A stretch of 64,000 bases of DNA from Opitutales bacterium (GCA_965197745.1 CBDANS010000006.1:416001-480000); one strand, 5' to 3'. Shown: positions 39,552 to 50,879, counted from the first letter of the stretch. The notes: generated by a model from the letters alone, not told the origin. Made by a program: numbers and translations.

Positions 39552-40607
39552 ATGCGCAATAACGGACATAGTATCGAAGTTGAAAATTTAACAAAATATT
39601 ATGGCTCCTTAATGGCCATCCATGAAGTTTCGTTTAACGTGGCAAAAGGTGAAATCGTTGGATTTCTCGGGCCCAATGGTGCGGGTAAAAGTACCACCAT
39701 GCGCATCCTCTGTGGCATCATTGCAGCCAGTTCAGGAATTGCTAAAATTTGTGGTATTCCCGTTGCCAGTAATCCTGATGAAATAAAACGTCGCATCGGA
39801 TATATGCCTGAAAATAATCCGCTGCCTGAAGATATGCGCGTCGTTGAATATTTACGTTACCGCGCCCAGCTTAAGGATATTCCACGTAAACAATTAAAAC
39901 CCCGCGTAGAAGAAACACTTGAGATTTGTGATCTCAACCGTAACGCTCGACGGAAAGTTATTGGCACCCTTTCGAAAGGATATCGGCAACGAGTGGGCGT
40001 CGCCGATGCTATTCTATCCAAGCCGGAAGTGATTATCATGGACGAACCGACGATTGGACTCGATCCACATCAAGTGCTCATGATACGCGACCTCATAAAC
40101 AGTCTGCGGGGTGAAATGACCGTGATTATATCCAGTCATATTCTGGCTGAAGTGGAACTGTGCTGTGATCGGGTCATCATTATTAACCAGGGACACATTG
40201 TCGCCAGTGGCACTTCAGATAGCTTGTGCAAAGAATTTATAAGAGACACTACCTATATTCTTAAATTGAAGGGAGACTGCTCCGCGTTGGATCCATTGCT
40301 TAAAACTATAGACCCCGATCTTAAAGTCGGCAATACGACACCGATTGGCAATGACGGTTACTATGAACTTGATTTAAATACCCCTCATTCCCATGACATA
40401 GGTGAAGAAATTTTAAATCGTCTGTATGCCCTACCGCAACTTCGCGTAAGCGGGCTCAGTCGCAAAGTTCCTAATCTGGAAGATATATTCCTCTTTGCCA
40501 CGCGGCGCAGCTGGGAAGAAAGCCTACCCATTACGGCCTCCAATAAAACCGGCGAAGGTGCTAAGAGTAAAATAGAAGCTGCCGCGAAAACCGCAGAGTT
40601 TGAATGA
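39552..40607 (+). CDS. ABC-2 transporter ATP-binding protein (GldA-like)
   Basis: GPNGAGKST, LSKGYRQRVG, DEPTIGLDP, SSHILAEV. Confidence 0.9.
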   Translation: MRNNGHSIEVENLTKYYGSLMAIHEVSFNVAKGEIVGFLGPNGAGKSTTMRILCGIIAASSGIAKICGIPVASNPDEIKRRIGYMPENNPLPEDMRVVEYLRYRAQLKDIPRKQLKPRVEETLEICDLNRNARRKVIGTLSKGYRQRVGVADAILSKPEVIIMDEPTIGLDPHQVLMIRDLINSLRGEMTVIISSHILAEVELCCDRVIIINQGHIVASGTSDSLCKEFIRDTTYILKLKGDCSALDPLLKTIDPDLKVGNTTPIGNDGYYELDLNTPHSHDIGEEILNRLYALPQLRVSGLSRKVPNLEDIFLFATRRSWEESLPITASNKTGEGAKSKIEAAAKTAEFE

Positions 40608-41359
40608 AGCATTTTCTCAGTTTGCTCAAGCACGAGCTTCGAGCTCTTTTTATCGCTCCTTCAACTTACGTCGCCGGCGTTATTTTTCTCCTTCTTATGG
40701 GGTTCATCTATATCCTTATTCTTGCCGACTTTGCGATGCAACCTCGCGATGGTCTTCCCACAGAAGATTTCTTCCAACTTTACTGGCTTCCCGTTTTTTT
40801 TATTGTGCCACTTTTGACGATGAAAAGCATCGCTGAAGAGCGGCGGTTGGGGACATTGGAAACATTAATGACCACCCCGGTAACCGCGACCGAGATTATC
40901 TTCAGCAAGTTTCTTGCCGCCTATTTGTTTTATTGTTTTCTCTGGCTGATCACCCTGGGATTTCCCCTTATTGTGAAAATCACCATTCAATCGCCATTGG
41001 TGACGGCTAAGCTTCTTGACCCTGCGTCATTGATAGGGGGTTACCTCTTCGTCACCGTCAGTGGATTATTGTTTATCTCCGTAGGTATTTTTTCCAGCAG
41101 TTTGACGCGAAGTCAACTCGTGGCTGGCATGTTCTGTTTTAGCATTCTCTTCATTATTATACTCGGTGTCCCCGCGGTGAAATCGCAAAGTATCGGTTGG
41201 ATCGAATGGGTAAATACTACCTTGGAATATTTTAATAATTTTAAGCATCTCGAAGATTTCGGCCGAGGTGTAATTGATACTCGCCCTATCTTTTTTTACC
41301 TCAGCAATACCGCGCTGGTCCTCGGTATATCTGTTCTCATTACCGAAGCGAAAGTCTAA
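40604..41359 (+). CDS. ABC-2 permease (GldF-like)
   Basis: PLLTM.SIAEERRLGTLETL.T.PV, KFLA, SSLTRSQLVA, F.RGVIDTR; multiple TM segments. Confidence 0.88.
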   Translation: MKHFLSLLKHELRALFIAPSTYVAGVIFLLLMGFIYILILADFAMQPRDGLPTEDFFQLYWLPVFFIVPLLTMKSIAEERRLGTLETLMTTPVTATEIIFSKFLAAYLFYCFLWLITLGFPLIVKITIQSPLVTAKLLDPASLIGGYLFVTVSGLLFISVGIFSSSLTRSQLVAGMFCFSILFIIILGVPAVKSQSIGWIEWVNTTLEYFNNFKHLEDFGRGVIDTRPIFFYLSNTALVLGISVLITEAKV

Positions 41360-41374
41360 TCCCCGATTATTTCT

Positions 41375-42850
41375 ATGCCCCCACTCGAAAATTATAAATA
41401 TGTAAACTGGATCAAGCGAATTAACCGAGTCGCGCAGATTGTCCTTTGTATCAGTTTTATCGTGGGGTTAAACTACTTCGCCACCAAACGCTACTGGCGA
41501 TCTGATCTCACCCGTAACCATGCTTATTCTCTCTCTCCAGAGACACTTGCTTACATCAGGCAAATCGACAAACCGGTAAAAATCATCGTCACCTTAACCC
41601 CCGGCTCAATTGATGATGACCTGCAACAGGTTTATATCCATATACGCAATTTGCTTAAAGAGTATGAATATGCAGGTCGTATAGGGGGAAAGAAAATGAT
41701 AGAAATTGATGTCGTTGATGTTCTCAAGGAACGCAAAAGAGCCGACTACCTCGCTCGCACCTACGGTATAGAACAACAGGATGTGGTCCTCGTTGTATGT
41801 GAAGATCGCCAGCGGAGATTCATCTTACCTGATATAATTGATATGCAAAATGGTGAATTATCTGCCTTTAAAGGTGAACGGGCTTTCACCTCGGCCCTCA
41901 TCGATGTCTCTAACACTAACCGCCAGAAAGTTTATTTTATCGCCGGTCATGGTGAGATGCGCCTCGATAATGTCGATCCCTTGCGGGGGTTAACGAACCT
42001 CGCTGAAAAACTCCAGTGGGTAAATATTACCCTCGAAACCCTGGACATTACAAGTATCCCTGAAATTCCCGATGACGCCGACCTCATTGTTCTCGCTTCA
42101 CCTCAAGGATCCATTCGTCCTCAAGAGGTTGAAAAATTGCGGAACTATCTCGCTCAGAGTGCTGGCCGGCTTATTGTTTTTATTGAACCGGCGAGAGAGC
42201 ATGGTTTGAGCGATCTGTTTTATGAATGGGGGATTATATCTGATGACATGGTGGTCCTTGATATGGGAGAAGATTTCCAGGCGGCAAGTGGTGATCTTCT
42301 CATTCGACGATTTGCCGCGCACCCTATAACAGATATAATGCGTCTAAACCCCATCCCCGTAATTGCCGGTCTCAGTCGGCCGGTGAGGCAAAATATGGAT
42401 AGACCCGCTGACGAAAGACTCTCGATAACACCCCTCATGAGCAGTTCACCCGAGAGTTGGGCTGAACGCTCTTACCGCCAGAAACTGGATCTGAAATTCA
42501 ATCCTGAAATTGATTTGAAGGGACAGGTAAGCCTGGGCATTATTTCAGAACGAAAAGTATCCTCGCAATTAGGAATCCATGTGGAAGGTGGTCGTCTCGT
42601 AGTTTTCGGGAACGCCGATATTATTTCCAATCAGCGTATGGCTTCGCTCGGCAATCAAATGCTTATTCTCAACACCATCAATTGGTGCCTGGACCGTGAG
42701 CAACTGCTCGCTATTCAATCAAGACCTATTGAAAAATTTCATCTCCTTCTGAGCAGACAGGAATTAATCCAACTTGGCCTGGTCCTCTTAAGTCTACCTG
42801 GTGCAGCTGCTATTTGTGGCATAATGATTTACTGGGTGCGCAGAAATTAA
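41375..42850 (+). CDS. GldG-like ABC auxiliary protein (GIFT domain)
   Basis: R.DLT....YSLS, GE..FTSAL, VYFIAGHGE, GRLVVFGNAD, N.INW; TM anchors at both ends. Confidence 0.85.
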   Translation: MPPLENYKYVNWIKRINRVAQIVLCISFIVGLNYFATKRYWRSDLTRNHAYSLSPETLAYIRQIDKPVKIIVTLTPGSIDDDLQQVYIHIRNLLKEYEYAGRIGGKKMIEIDVVDVLKERKRADYLARTYGIEQQDVVLVVCEDRQRRFILPDIIDMQNGELSAFKGERAFTSALIDVSNTNRQKVYFIAGHGEMRLDNVDPLRGLTNLAEKLQWVNITLETLDITSIPEIPDDADLIVLASPQGSIRPQEVEKLRNYLAQSAGRLIVFIEPAREHGLSDLFYEWGIISDDMVVLDMGEDFQAASGDLLIRRFAAHPITDIMRLNPIPVIAGLSRPVRQNMDRPADERLSITPLMSSSPESWAERSYRQKLDLKFNPEIDLKGQVSLGIISERKVSSQLGIHVEGGRLVVFGNADIISNQRMASLGNQMLILNTINWCLDREQLLAIQSRPIEKFHLLLSRQELIQLGLVLLSLPGAAAICGIMIYWVRRN

Positions 42851-42888
42851 TTGACTCCGCGGTTGTTCAATCCAACTCCTTTATTTTA

Positions 42889-44865
42889 ATGCGGATTAAA
42901 ATTTCTATTATTTTGATTGGCCTCAACTTAGGTCTCTTCGGTCTGATCTATTATCTTGAAAAGGAAGCGGCCACCGTAGGTGCTTTTGAAAGCGCGAAGC
43001 GATTAGTCTTTCCCCCGGGATTTGTCGAGGATAGCGACCGACTCGAGATTGATGGGAGGGGGTTGACTCATAGCTGGGTCCTCGTCCGCGAAATGGATCA
43101 TTGGTATCTCGATAAGCCGATCAACTGGCCTGCCAATATCTATGCTGTGAGCAGAATGATTAATCAGCTTAAATTTCTCGAATGGGAAACACGGTTTTCC
43201 GTGAATGAAATTAAAAAAGCCGGTCGTAGTTTGGAAGATTACGGGCTGAAGAATCCCAAAGCGGTCCTTACCCTTAGTCAGGGAAATATGAAAAAAGAAA
43301 TTAAAATTGGCGAGTCGACTGAAATAGGAAAACGTCTCTATATCCTGTCTCCAGCCGAGGAGGAAGTTTTCGTCGTTAATCGTGATTTGCTTCAAAGTTT
43401 AACCCTCGATCTGCAAGATCTGCGCAGTCAGAATATTTTCGATATCCCCTTGTTTGAAGTGCGTTCACTAAGTATTCAGATCACCGATCCCGGTAACCTT
43501 AAGGTTCGGCTCGCGCGTATCGGTGATGATTGGATTTTTGAATCGCCCATTCAAACCAATGCCAATACTCAGCATGTTAACAGCACCATTAATCAACTGA
43601 CTGGATTGAAAGTTATCGATTTTCAGGGAGCGGACCGTGTTCAGGAAATATTGGCCAACCCCGCCCTGAGAATAACGCTCGAAGGGAATAACCGGAGACA
43701 AACGCTGCTCGTCGGCGAAGCCGTGAGGGAAGAGGGCAATGGGAAAAAGACAAAATATTTCGCAAGCATGGAAGATAATTCAACGGTATTCACCCTGGCT
43801 GCCGCGCCCATCAATGAACTTCTCAATGTTCAAGAGAGTCTGCGGGAAAAAAAATTCGTTCTTTTCGACCCCTCTGAACTTAAATCCATTGATATTTCGA
43901 TTTCAGATAACTCCGTTGAATTACAAAAACTTGAAACCGGGACTTGGCAGGTGCTTAAGTCCAATAAAATCGGAGAACTCTCGGCATGGACCGCTGATTC
44001 TCAATTGATGAACGATGTCATAAACTCACTGCATGATATTGAAGCTGTCCGCTTTATAAGTGATGCGCCATCAGCCGCGGATCTCGAAAAATATGGCTTC
44101 AATGATCCACAAAGACGTGTCGTATTTCGATCTCAGGATGAACAGACATTGCTCATCGGAGATTTGGATCCGGGGTCAAGACTGCTCTTCGCAAAGATGG
44201 AAGCAGCGCCTTTTATTTACCAGATTAGAACAGATATTTTGCACCTCCTTAAAGTGAGTGCCCTCTATTATCGTTTACGTGTGATTGAAGAACTGCCTCA
44301 GGGAGCACGTGTGAAAAAAATAATCCTCGTTGATATAGAAAATGATACTTCCATCATCGACATTGAGATCGATCTCTCAAATGAATCATGGTCTGACGCG
44401 CTCATTGATTATCCTGAGAAAAAACAGTATGCAATTTTAGATTTAATCGATGTAATTCGTAAATTTGAGGTTAAAGAGTACTTAAGTGACAGCTATAGTC
44501 ATAGCTACCAACAGGGGAATAGGGTAATACCATGGAAATACCGTTTGGAAGCTGACATTCATTTACCCGGTGGCGAAGAGGATCGCATGCAGACCCGCAT
44601 GTTTTCTTTCAGTGATCGAATCGGCGGAACCACGCAAATTGGTGGATCACCGGATGCACAGGTTATATTCGCTATAAACCAAAAGTTGATAGATGCTCTT
44701 TTCGAACTGACATTCGATCCGATTCCACCGGTCGATAAAGGTCTGGCTCAGGAACCCCTTCCTACCACTGATGAACCGGATACCAGTGAGATAACAACCC
44801 AGGATGCTTCCTCCCCGTCTGAAAATATTCCTGAGCAATCTGCCTCGGAAGAAGTAAAACCATAA
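42889..44865 (+). CDS. DUF4340-domain protein (repeated domains), membrane anchored
   Basis: Repeated W....P....A / L..YGL..P / IG units; follows gldG-like gene; likely start MRIKISII at 42889. Confidence 0.75.
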   Translation: MRIKISIILIGLNLGLFGLIYYLEKEAATVGAFESAKRLVFPPGFVEDSDRLEIDGRGLTHSWVLVREMDHWYLDKPINWPANIYAVSRMINQLKFLEWETRFSVNEIKKAGRSLEDYGLKNPKAVLTLSQGNMKKEIKIGESTEIGKRLYILSPAEEEVFVVNRDLLQSLTLDLQDLRSQNIFDIPLFEVRSLSIQITDPGNLKVRLARIGDDWIFESPIQTNANTQHVNSTINQLTGLKVIDFQGADRVQEILANPALRITLEGNNRRQTLLVGEAVREEGNGKKTKYFASMEDNSTVFTLAAAPINELLNVQESLREKKFVLFDPSELKSIDISISDNSVELQKLETGTWQVLKSNKIGELSAWTADSQLMNDVINSLHDIEAVRFISDAPSAADLEKYGFNDPQRRVVFRSQDEQTLLIGDLDPGSRLLFAKMEAAPFIYQIRTDILHLLKVSALYYRLRVIEELPQGARVKKIILVDIENDTSIIDIEIDLSNESWSDALIDYPEKKQYAILDLIDVIRKFEVKEYLSDSYSHSYQQGNRVIPWKYRLEADIHLPGGEEDRMQTRMFSFSDRIGGTTQIGGSPDAQVIFAINQKLIDALFELTFDPIPPVDKGLAQEPLPTTDEPDTSEITTQDASSPSENIPEQSASEEVKP

Positions 44866-44873
44866 CGGGCGTA

Positions 44874-47642
44874 GTGCTGAAGATGATAGACGAAAGAGCC
44901 GCATACCGGATGAAAGGTATGCTTTTAGGTACTTGGAGAATCTGTCAGTCTTTTCTCATTTATTTTTTGCTTGTCCTTGCACTCATCCAGGGTGCGATAC
45001 TGGCTTTTTCATATTTTAACCGTGAGTTGCCTGTGCCCAGGTTTCTTTTCAATAAAATTGAGGAGGGATTGGCCAGCATTGGTGTCTACCCCCAGTCAGG
45101 TGAGTTTTTCGTCGATCTCACGGGTAAAGTTTTTGTCCGCGATTTAAAAATCGCCACGATTGACAGTGACGATCTTTTGGTCAGCAGCGAAGCCGCGTTG
45201 ATCGGTTTACAATTACCCTACTTAATAATCGGGGATCTCGAAATAAAATCCATTCGATTGAGTCATACCTCTTTGTATCTACCCGCAATATATTCAGCCA
45301 GTGGAGTGAACGAACCTGTCATTGAGAGACTAAACTGCAATCTCATGTTAAAAAATCCCCGTTGGCATTTGGAGCAATTGAATTTCTTTCTTCATAATCT
45401 TCGGGTGGAGGCAAAAGGTATCTGGAAACCGCCTCCGAAGACTCTGGTAACGATTGATCCTGCACAAAAACAGCCGGCCCTGCCTGAGACGATACTGGAA
45501 CGCTATTATCTTTTCTGCAGCAAAATCATGACCTTGCATCCTACCTTCAGCAAACTTAAGGCTCCCATCCTCGAGGCCGTTCTTCAACCCGACGCCAGGG
45601 GAATGCCAAGAGCAGACATCACCTTAGCGGCACAAGGTGGTACTTTCTTTAACACCATCCGGGTGGGTTCTTTTCAAATGAAAATGAATGATGTCGGTTA
45701 TTTTCAATTAGACCCCAAAGGGCCCGTAAAATTCAATTTAGACACGTTTACATGGATAAATAAGATAGAGGCGGAAAACCTGGAAGCTTTATTTGAAATT
45801 AATTCTTTACACCCTGATCAAATAAAAATCCCCAGGCTTGTCTCTCTTGCTGCGCACCGGTTGTGGCGCGACGAACTCGTCGCGGATAATCTTGTCGCGG
45901 AGATAGTGCCTCATCTCTACCCCATCGTGCGTGGCAATGCTTTCATAAAGTTGGACGGAAGACCATTAGCATTTAAGGGGGAAGCAGATGTAAATAACAG
46001 GACTGCTGAGTTGCATATCAATTCCCGGGTCGAGTTGGAAAAAATACCCGTTCTCTCAATACTTTTAGATTCTGATATGAGTAAAAATCTGTCATTTAGC
46101 GGACCTCCCCATGTAATCATGGATGTTTCGCTCAGTGACGCATACAAGCTCGATCATCTGGATTATTCATTAGATACAACGCTACCTTCTCTAAATGGCG
46201 TAACTATTGACCGCTTCGCCGCTCGCGGTTCGCTCACCCCCCTCACCCTTGTCGCGGATAATATTATAATGGAAAAGAATAGCAATCGGCTTACCGGTTC
46301 CTATCAACATAATCTTAAGAACAATGATTTCCGAATGCTTGCGAAGGGTAATTTTCTTCCCTCTCATTTAAATAAGGCAATGCGTCCCTGGTGGACCGCA
46401 TTATGGAATAATTTCATTTTCTCCGATGGGTTCACTTACAATGATATCGATTTTCGCGGAAACTGGAATGATCGATCACGGCGTCTATTTTATGGCGAAC
46501 TCAAAGCCGACAACCTCTCCTATAAAGGGCTCTCTTTACTTAAAGGCCGTACCACAGTCTGGGCATTCCCCGGTTACGTGCGATTAATTGATTTGATGTG
46601 TGAACGGGTCGAAGGGCGCACCATGGGGTCTCTCAATTCCTTTTTCGCTCTCGATGCCATGAATACAAGGACGCATTATTTCGATTTCAGGACAGAATTT
46701 GCGATTCCAGAATTAAGTCCCCTTCTTGGTTCTGATGTGTCATCAATAATGGACAACTTTACCTTCACTGCTGCGCCTCGTGTGAACCTTATTGGCATGC
46801 GCCATATACAGGGTGAAAATGAACAGCTCAAACGTGATGTAAAGATTAAGGCTGAAACTGATCAGGCTCATACTATATACGGATACCCCATTGATAGTAT
46901 ATCTTTCCAGGGACATCTCACCGATGATTTCTTCGATATCGATTACATGAAATTTGGAGTAAGTGATGGTTATGGGTCTGGAAATATGCATTTTCGAAAA
47001 ACACAAGACGGACCGAGAGTTGATTTTGATCTCATCCTCAAAGAAGCGGACTATGCGCGTGTCCTATCCGCCATTGGTTTTGAAGATAAATATTTAAATT
47101 CATCCGGCAACGGGAGTAAGAATCAACTCACTAGTTTTGCTCCAGGCCAACTCGATTTATATTTAAATGCCATTGGGGTGCCAGGAGAATTGACGAGTTT
47201 TGAAGGAGAGGGCAGGTTTTCAATAACTAAAGCTGAACTTGGCAAATTTCATCTTGCCGGGATGCTCTCCCGCTTTTTTGGAAGTTCTCTTCTTGGTTTT
47301 ACGCCACTGGCTCTCGACTCAATGGGCGGTGATATTATACTCGATCACAATCTGATTAATTTTCCTAAAATTACTTTTACCGGCCCTTACAGTATCGTCC
47401 GCGCCGACGGAAATGTTACATTGCCGAATAAGGATCTGGAATTCCGTGTCCTAGTCTCCTATTTAGAAAATAAAAATAATCCTGTTGTGAATATTTTCGG
47501 CATTCCCCTTTTCCCCTTCGGCCAGGTATTGCAATTGCGATTACGGGGCTCGCTTGCGGAACCCCAGTGGCGGTTTGCGCTGGATCCCCGAAATGTATTT
47601 GAAACACCGGCTATTGATGTTCCGCAAGTAGAGGAAAAATAA
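44874..47642 (+). CDS. AsmA-like (YhdP/TamB clan) periplasmic protein
   Basis: Single N-terminal TM, ~900 aa beta-rich body, C-terminal GEGRF.I...G..A.G.V...L.F...LRGSLAEPQW typical of AsmA-like C-termini. Confidence 0.6.
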   Translation: MLKMIDERAAYRMKGMLLGTWRICQSFLIYFLLVLALIQGAILAFSYFNRELPVPRFLFNKIEEGLASIGVYPQSGEFFVDLTGKVFVRDLKIATIDSDDLLVSSEAALIGLQLPYLIIGDLEIKSIRLSHTSLYLPAIYSASGVNEPVIERLNCNLMLKNPRWHLEQLNFFLHNLRVEAKGIWKPPPKTLVTIDPAQKQPALPETILERYYLFCSKIMTLHPTFSKLKAPILEAVLQPDARGMPRADITLAAQGGTFFNTIRVGSFQMKMNDVGYFQLDPKGPVKFNLDTFTWINKIEAENLEALFEINSLHPDQIKIPRLVSLAAHRLWRDELVADNLVAEIVPHLYPIVRGNAFIKLDGRPLAFKGEADVNNRTAELHINSRVELEKIPVLSILLDSDMSKNLSFSGPPHVIMDVSLSDAYKLDHLDYSLDTTLPSLNGVTIDRFAARGSLTPLTLVADNIIMEKNSNRLTGSYQHNLKNNDFRMLAKGNFLPSHLNKAMRPWWTALWNNFIFSDGFTYNDIDFRGNWNDRSRRLFYGELKADNLSYKGLSLLKGRTTVWAFPGYVRLIDLMCERVEGRTMGSLNSFFALDAMNTRTHYFDFRTEFAIPELSPLLGSDVSSIMDNFTFTAAPRVNLIGMRHIQGENEQLKRDVKIKAETDQAHTIYGYPIDSISFQGHLTDDFFDIDYMKFGVSDGYGSGNMHFRKTQDGPRVDFDLILKEADYARVLSAIGFEDKYLNSSGNGSKNQLTSFAPGQLDLYLNAIGVPGELTSFEGEGRFSITKAELGKFHLAGMLSRFFGSSLLGFTPLALDSMGGDIILDHNLINFPKITFTGPYSIVRADGNVTLPNKDLEFRVLVSYLENKNNPVVNIFGIPLFPFGQVLQLRLRGSLAEPQWRFALDPRNVFETPAIDVPQVEEK

Positions 47643-47859
47643 ATCTCACTCCTCGCTCATCGTAGAGGGTGGGCTATAACCTTTGGTAACCCGATTTTAA
47701 TTTCTCCATAGAGCGATCTCTTCCCCGTCAATTGGGATCTCCAAAGAAAATAAGGATTCTATTTTACTGTAAATTAAGAGGTTGCTTCATCAGGGTAATT
47801 CCTTTGTAGTTTAAAGCTTTTAACTCTGTTCATCAGCCAATAATAACAAGGAGTAATGC

Positions 47860-48330
47860 TTGGACCTGAAACTGATAAAACAAATCGTTGAATTAATGAA
47901 AAGCTCTGATCTCACTGAATTTGAGATCGAGGAAGAGGGCTTGAAAATACGCATCTGTCGCAGTAATGGTGATACCCCCCAATTCGTTACTACCGTTACG
48001 CCTCCTCCTTTTCCCGTCACCTCTCAAACATGGAGTCAGGAAACGGCCCCTCTCCCTGAACCAGCAGCTTCACCCGCAGAAGATAAAAATATAACTTTTG
48101 TAAAATCCCCCATGGTGGGAACTTTCTACCGTGCTCCCTCACCGGACAGCCCACCCTTCATTGAAGTGGGATCCGAAGTAAATCCCGAAACTCCGGTGTG
48201 TATTGTTGAAGCTATGAAAGTGATGAATGAAATTCAAGCAGAGACGAAGGGAACGATTGTTGAAGTACTCGTTGAAAATGGAGAATCCGTAGAATACGGA
48301 CGAGCGTTGTTGAAAGTTAAAAGAGCCTGA
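47860..48330 (+). CDS. accB: Biotin carboxyl carrier protein
   Basis: [22 protein letters not shown] biotinylation motif; TTG start with aaggag SD. Confidence 0.97.
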   Translation: MDLKLIKQIVELMKSSDLTEFEIEEEGLKIRICRSNGDTPQFVTTVTPPPFPVTSQTWSQETAPLPEPAASPAEDKNITFVKSPMVGTFYRAPSPDSPPFIEVGSEVNPETPVCIVEAMKVMNEIQAETKGTIVEVLVENGESVEYGRALLKVKRA

Positions 48331-48340
48331 GCTTCAGTTT

Positions 48341-49717
48341 ATGTTTGAAAAAATACTCATCGCTAATCGTGGCGAGATCGCTTTACGCATCATTCGCGCC
48401 TGTAAAGAGCTGGGCATTAAATCGGTTGCCGTTTACTCGGAAGCCGACGAACAGTCCCTGCATGTTCAATTAGCAGACGGTGCCATTTGTATCGGTCCGG
48501 CGAAGAGCCTGGAAAGTTATCTCAAAAGTGATCGCATCATAAGCGCGGCAGAAATTGCCGATGTTGATGCCATACACCCCGGCTATGGTTTTCTTGCCGA
48601 AAAACCGGAATTTGCGGAACAGTGCGAAAGCTGTAATATTAATTTTATCGGACCTTCTTCCGATTCCATGCGCAGGATGGGTGATAAATCCATCGCTCGA
48701 GAAACGGTAAGAAAGGCACGAGTTCCCGTCATACCCGGAAGTGAAGGTTCTCTCGAATCAGTAACGGAAGCGCTTAATGTGGCAAAAAAAATCGGGTTCC
48801 CGGTGATTATCAAAGCAGTCGCTGGCGGTGGCGGTAAAGGAATGCGAATGGCACATAACGCCATAACTTTCGCTAAAGAATTTTCCACTGCCCAATTGGA
48901 AGCGGAAAAAGCCTTTGGTGAAAGTGAAGTTTATGTTGAGAAATATATTTCCAATCCCCGTCACATCGAGTTTCAAGTTCTTGCCGATAAAAAGGGTAAA
49001 ACATTGCATTTAGGAGAACGTGATTGTTCTGTTCAGAGAAGATATCAAAAACTTATTGAAGAAGCGCCTTCGCCTTTTCTTAACGCTGACTTGCGTAAGA
49101 AAATGGGGCGTTCCGCGATTCGCGCCGCCGAAGCTTGTAATTATACAAATGCCGGAACCATTGAGTTTCTCGTCGATAAAAATGGTAACTATTTTTTTAT
49201 CGAAATGAATACACGCATTCAGGTCGAGCATGGTGTTACCGAGGAAATTACGGGAATAGATTTAATAAAAGAACAGATCCGTATTGCCGCGGGCGAATCA
49301 CTCGAGATTGACCAAAGAGATGTGAAAATTACCCGACACGCCATAGAATGCCGTATTTGTGCGGAAGACCCGGGTCATAATTTTGCCCCTTGCCCGGGAG
49401 AAATTGGCCTCTATTACCAACCCGGGGGACATGGGGTACGAGTTGACTCTCATATATATGGCGGTTATTATATCCCCTCTGAATATGATAGTATGATTGG
49501 CAAAGTTATAACCCATGCGAAAACACGTGATCAGGCACTCGACAGGATGCATCGAGCACTAAGCGAATATATCATCCGCGGCGTAAAAACAACGATCCCT
49601 TTTAGTCTGGCTGTTATAAATGACCCAAAATTTCGTCGAGTCGGGGCCACGACTAATTTTATCGATGATTTTCTCAATGGAAAACCTAAAGACTTTTTTA
49701 ATAATAAAACCCATTAG
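48341..49717 (+). CDS. accC: Biotin carboxylase
   Basis: [48 protein letters not shown]. Confidence 0.97.
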   Translation: MFEKILIANRGEIALRIIRACKELGIKSVAVYSEADEQSLHVQLADGAICIGPAKSLESYLKSDRIISAAEIADVDAIHPGYGFLAEKPEFAEQCESCNINFIGPSSDSMRRMGDKSIARETVRKARVPVIPGSEGSLESVTEALNVAKKIGFPVIIKAVAGGGGKGMRMAHNAITFAKEFSTAQLEAEKAFGESEVYVEKYISNPRHIEFQVLADKKGKTLHLGERDCSVQRRYQKLIEEAPSPFLNADLRKKMGRSAIRAAEACNYTNAGTIEFLVDKNGNYFFIEMNTRIQVEHGVTEEITGIDLIKEQIRIAAGESLEIDQRDVKITRHAIECRICAEDPGHNFAPCPGEIGLYYQPGGHGVRVDSHIYGGYYIPSEYDSMIGKVITHAKTRDQALDRMHRALSEYIIRGVKTTIPFSLAVINDPKFRRVGATTNFIDDFLNGKPKDFFNNKTH

Positions 49718-49728
49718 GAACTATTAAT

Positions 49729-50199
49729 ATGAAAAAAACGAAGAAAAAGAGTGCGCCGGAAGAAAATGTTGATGTGCACGAAATTCCTACGATTAATGAA
49801 GAATCGTCATCGATGGGCGAAATCAAAATTAACCATACGGTTATAGCCAGTATCGTTAGACTCGCTACTCTCGAAGTTTCCGGTGTCGTCATGGTAGCCG
49901 GTGGGCGAATGGAGGAACTCACGGGAATGTTCACGAAAAAAGATTCGGGCATCGGTATCCGGGTAGAAGAAAACGAAATGGGCGATTACCATATCGTAAT
50001 TCGTGTTATACTCTCATTTGGCATTGAACTGGCCAGAACCGCCTATGAAATACAGACCACCGTTCGCGACCAGGTAAATAAAATGACGAATAAGCAGGTC
50101 GCTAAGGTCGATGTCATTATTGATGGCGTGAAAATGCCTAATAGTGTTGTCGAAGAAGATGAGAGAAAAAATTGGGTTGAACCCGAACATACGGACTGA
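49729..50199 (+). CDS. Asp23/Gls24-family protein (YqhY-like)
   Basis: GEIKI...VIASI...A.LEV.GV, IQ..V...V..MT...V..VDV.IDGV. Confidence 0.9.
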   Translation: MKKTKKKSAPEENVDVHEIPTINEESSSMGEIKINHTVIASIVRLATLEVSGVVMVAGGRMEELTGMFTKKDSGIGIRVEENEMGDYHIVIRVILSFGIELARTAYEIQTTVRDQVNKMTNKQVAKVDVIIDGVKMPNSVVEEDERKNWVEPEHTD

Positions 50200-50244
50200 T
50201 CTATTCAGTCATTTATCACTAATATTCTAAATTCTCGGGCAATT

Positions 50245-50754
50245 TTGGAAAACATCACGCAAATCCTTGAGCACCTGACCGGCGGTCCCTATTTATGGAT
50301 AGGTGGGGCAGCTATTTTGTTGCTCTTTATATTATGGCTGTTGGCGCGAAAACAACCCGGTTCGTTTATCGCTTTCAAAAGCACAGCGGGGAAAATAATT
50401 ATCACCCGGTCAGCCATCAACGAATTGGCTCAACGTACCTGCAGTCAGATTGAAACAATAGGTAAATGCTCAACGCGAATAAAAACGCGTGGCGGTACTT
50501 TAAAAATTGAAGTGCGCATTCAATTACTTGCCGGATCCAAGCTGAATGATGTAACTTCAGATTTGCAAACCCACCTCACGCATGCTTTTGGAGAAATACT
50601 GGGGATTGAAAATTTGGGAGACATTAATGTGGTTGTTACTGGATTCATTGGTAGCCATGATGCTACTCCTCCTCCGGCGATGAGTGAATCATTAGAGAGT
50701 GAGTTTCCAGAAACAGTGGCATCAGCGAGTCGTGATTCGGACGAGACCTCTTGA
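50245..50754 (+). CDS. Membrane-anchored Asp23-like protein (AmaP-like)
   Basis: N-terminal TM, then G.I.I..SAI..L and LGI......NV.V.G; follows asp23; TTG start. Confidence 0.55.
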   Translation: MENITQILEHLTGGPYLWIGGAAILLLFILWLLARKQPGSFIAFKSTAGKIIITRSAINELAQRTCSQIETIGKCSTRIKTRGGTLKIEVRIQLLAGSKLNDVTSDLQTHLTHAFGEILGIENLGDINVVVTGFIGSHDATPPPAMSESLESEFPETVASASRDSDETS

Positions 50755-50879
50755 TGCCTTGGGTTGGTCCGATCCCGATTTCTTAAGTTTGCATGACGCA
50801 CCGTGAATCTCCGATATAATGGGTTTCCTATGGGTTGGATAATCCGTCGCTTATTCTTAATTCTCAGTTTAATAAACTA

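Noticed and set aside
39552..42850. Gliding motility / type IX secretion locus
   Set aside because: No gldK/L/M/N or spr genes in the window; GldAFG-like modules are common in non-gliding bacteria
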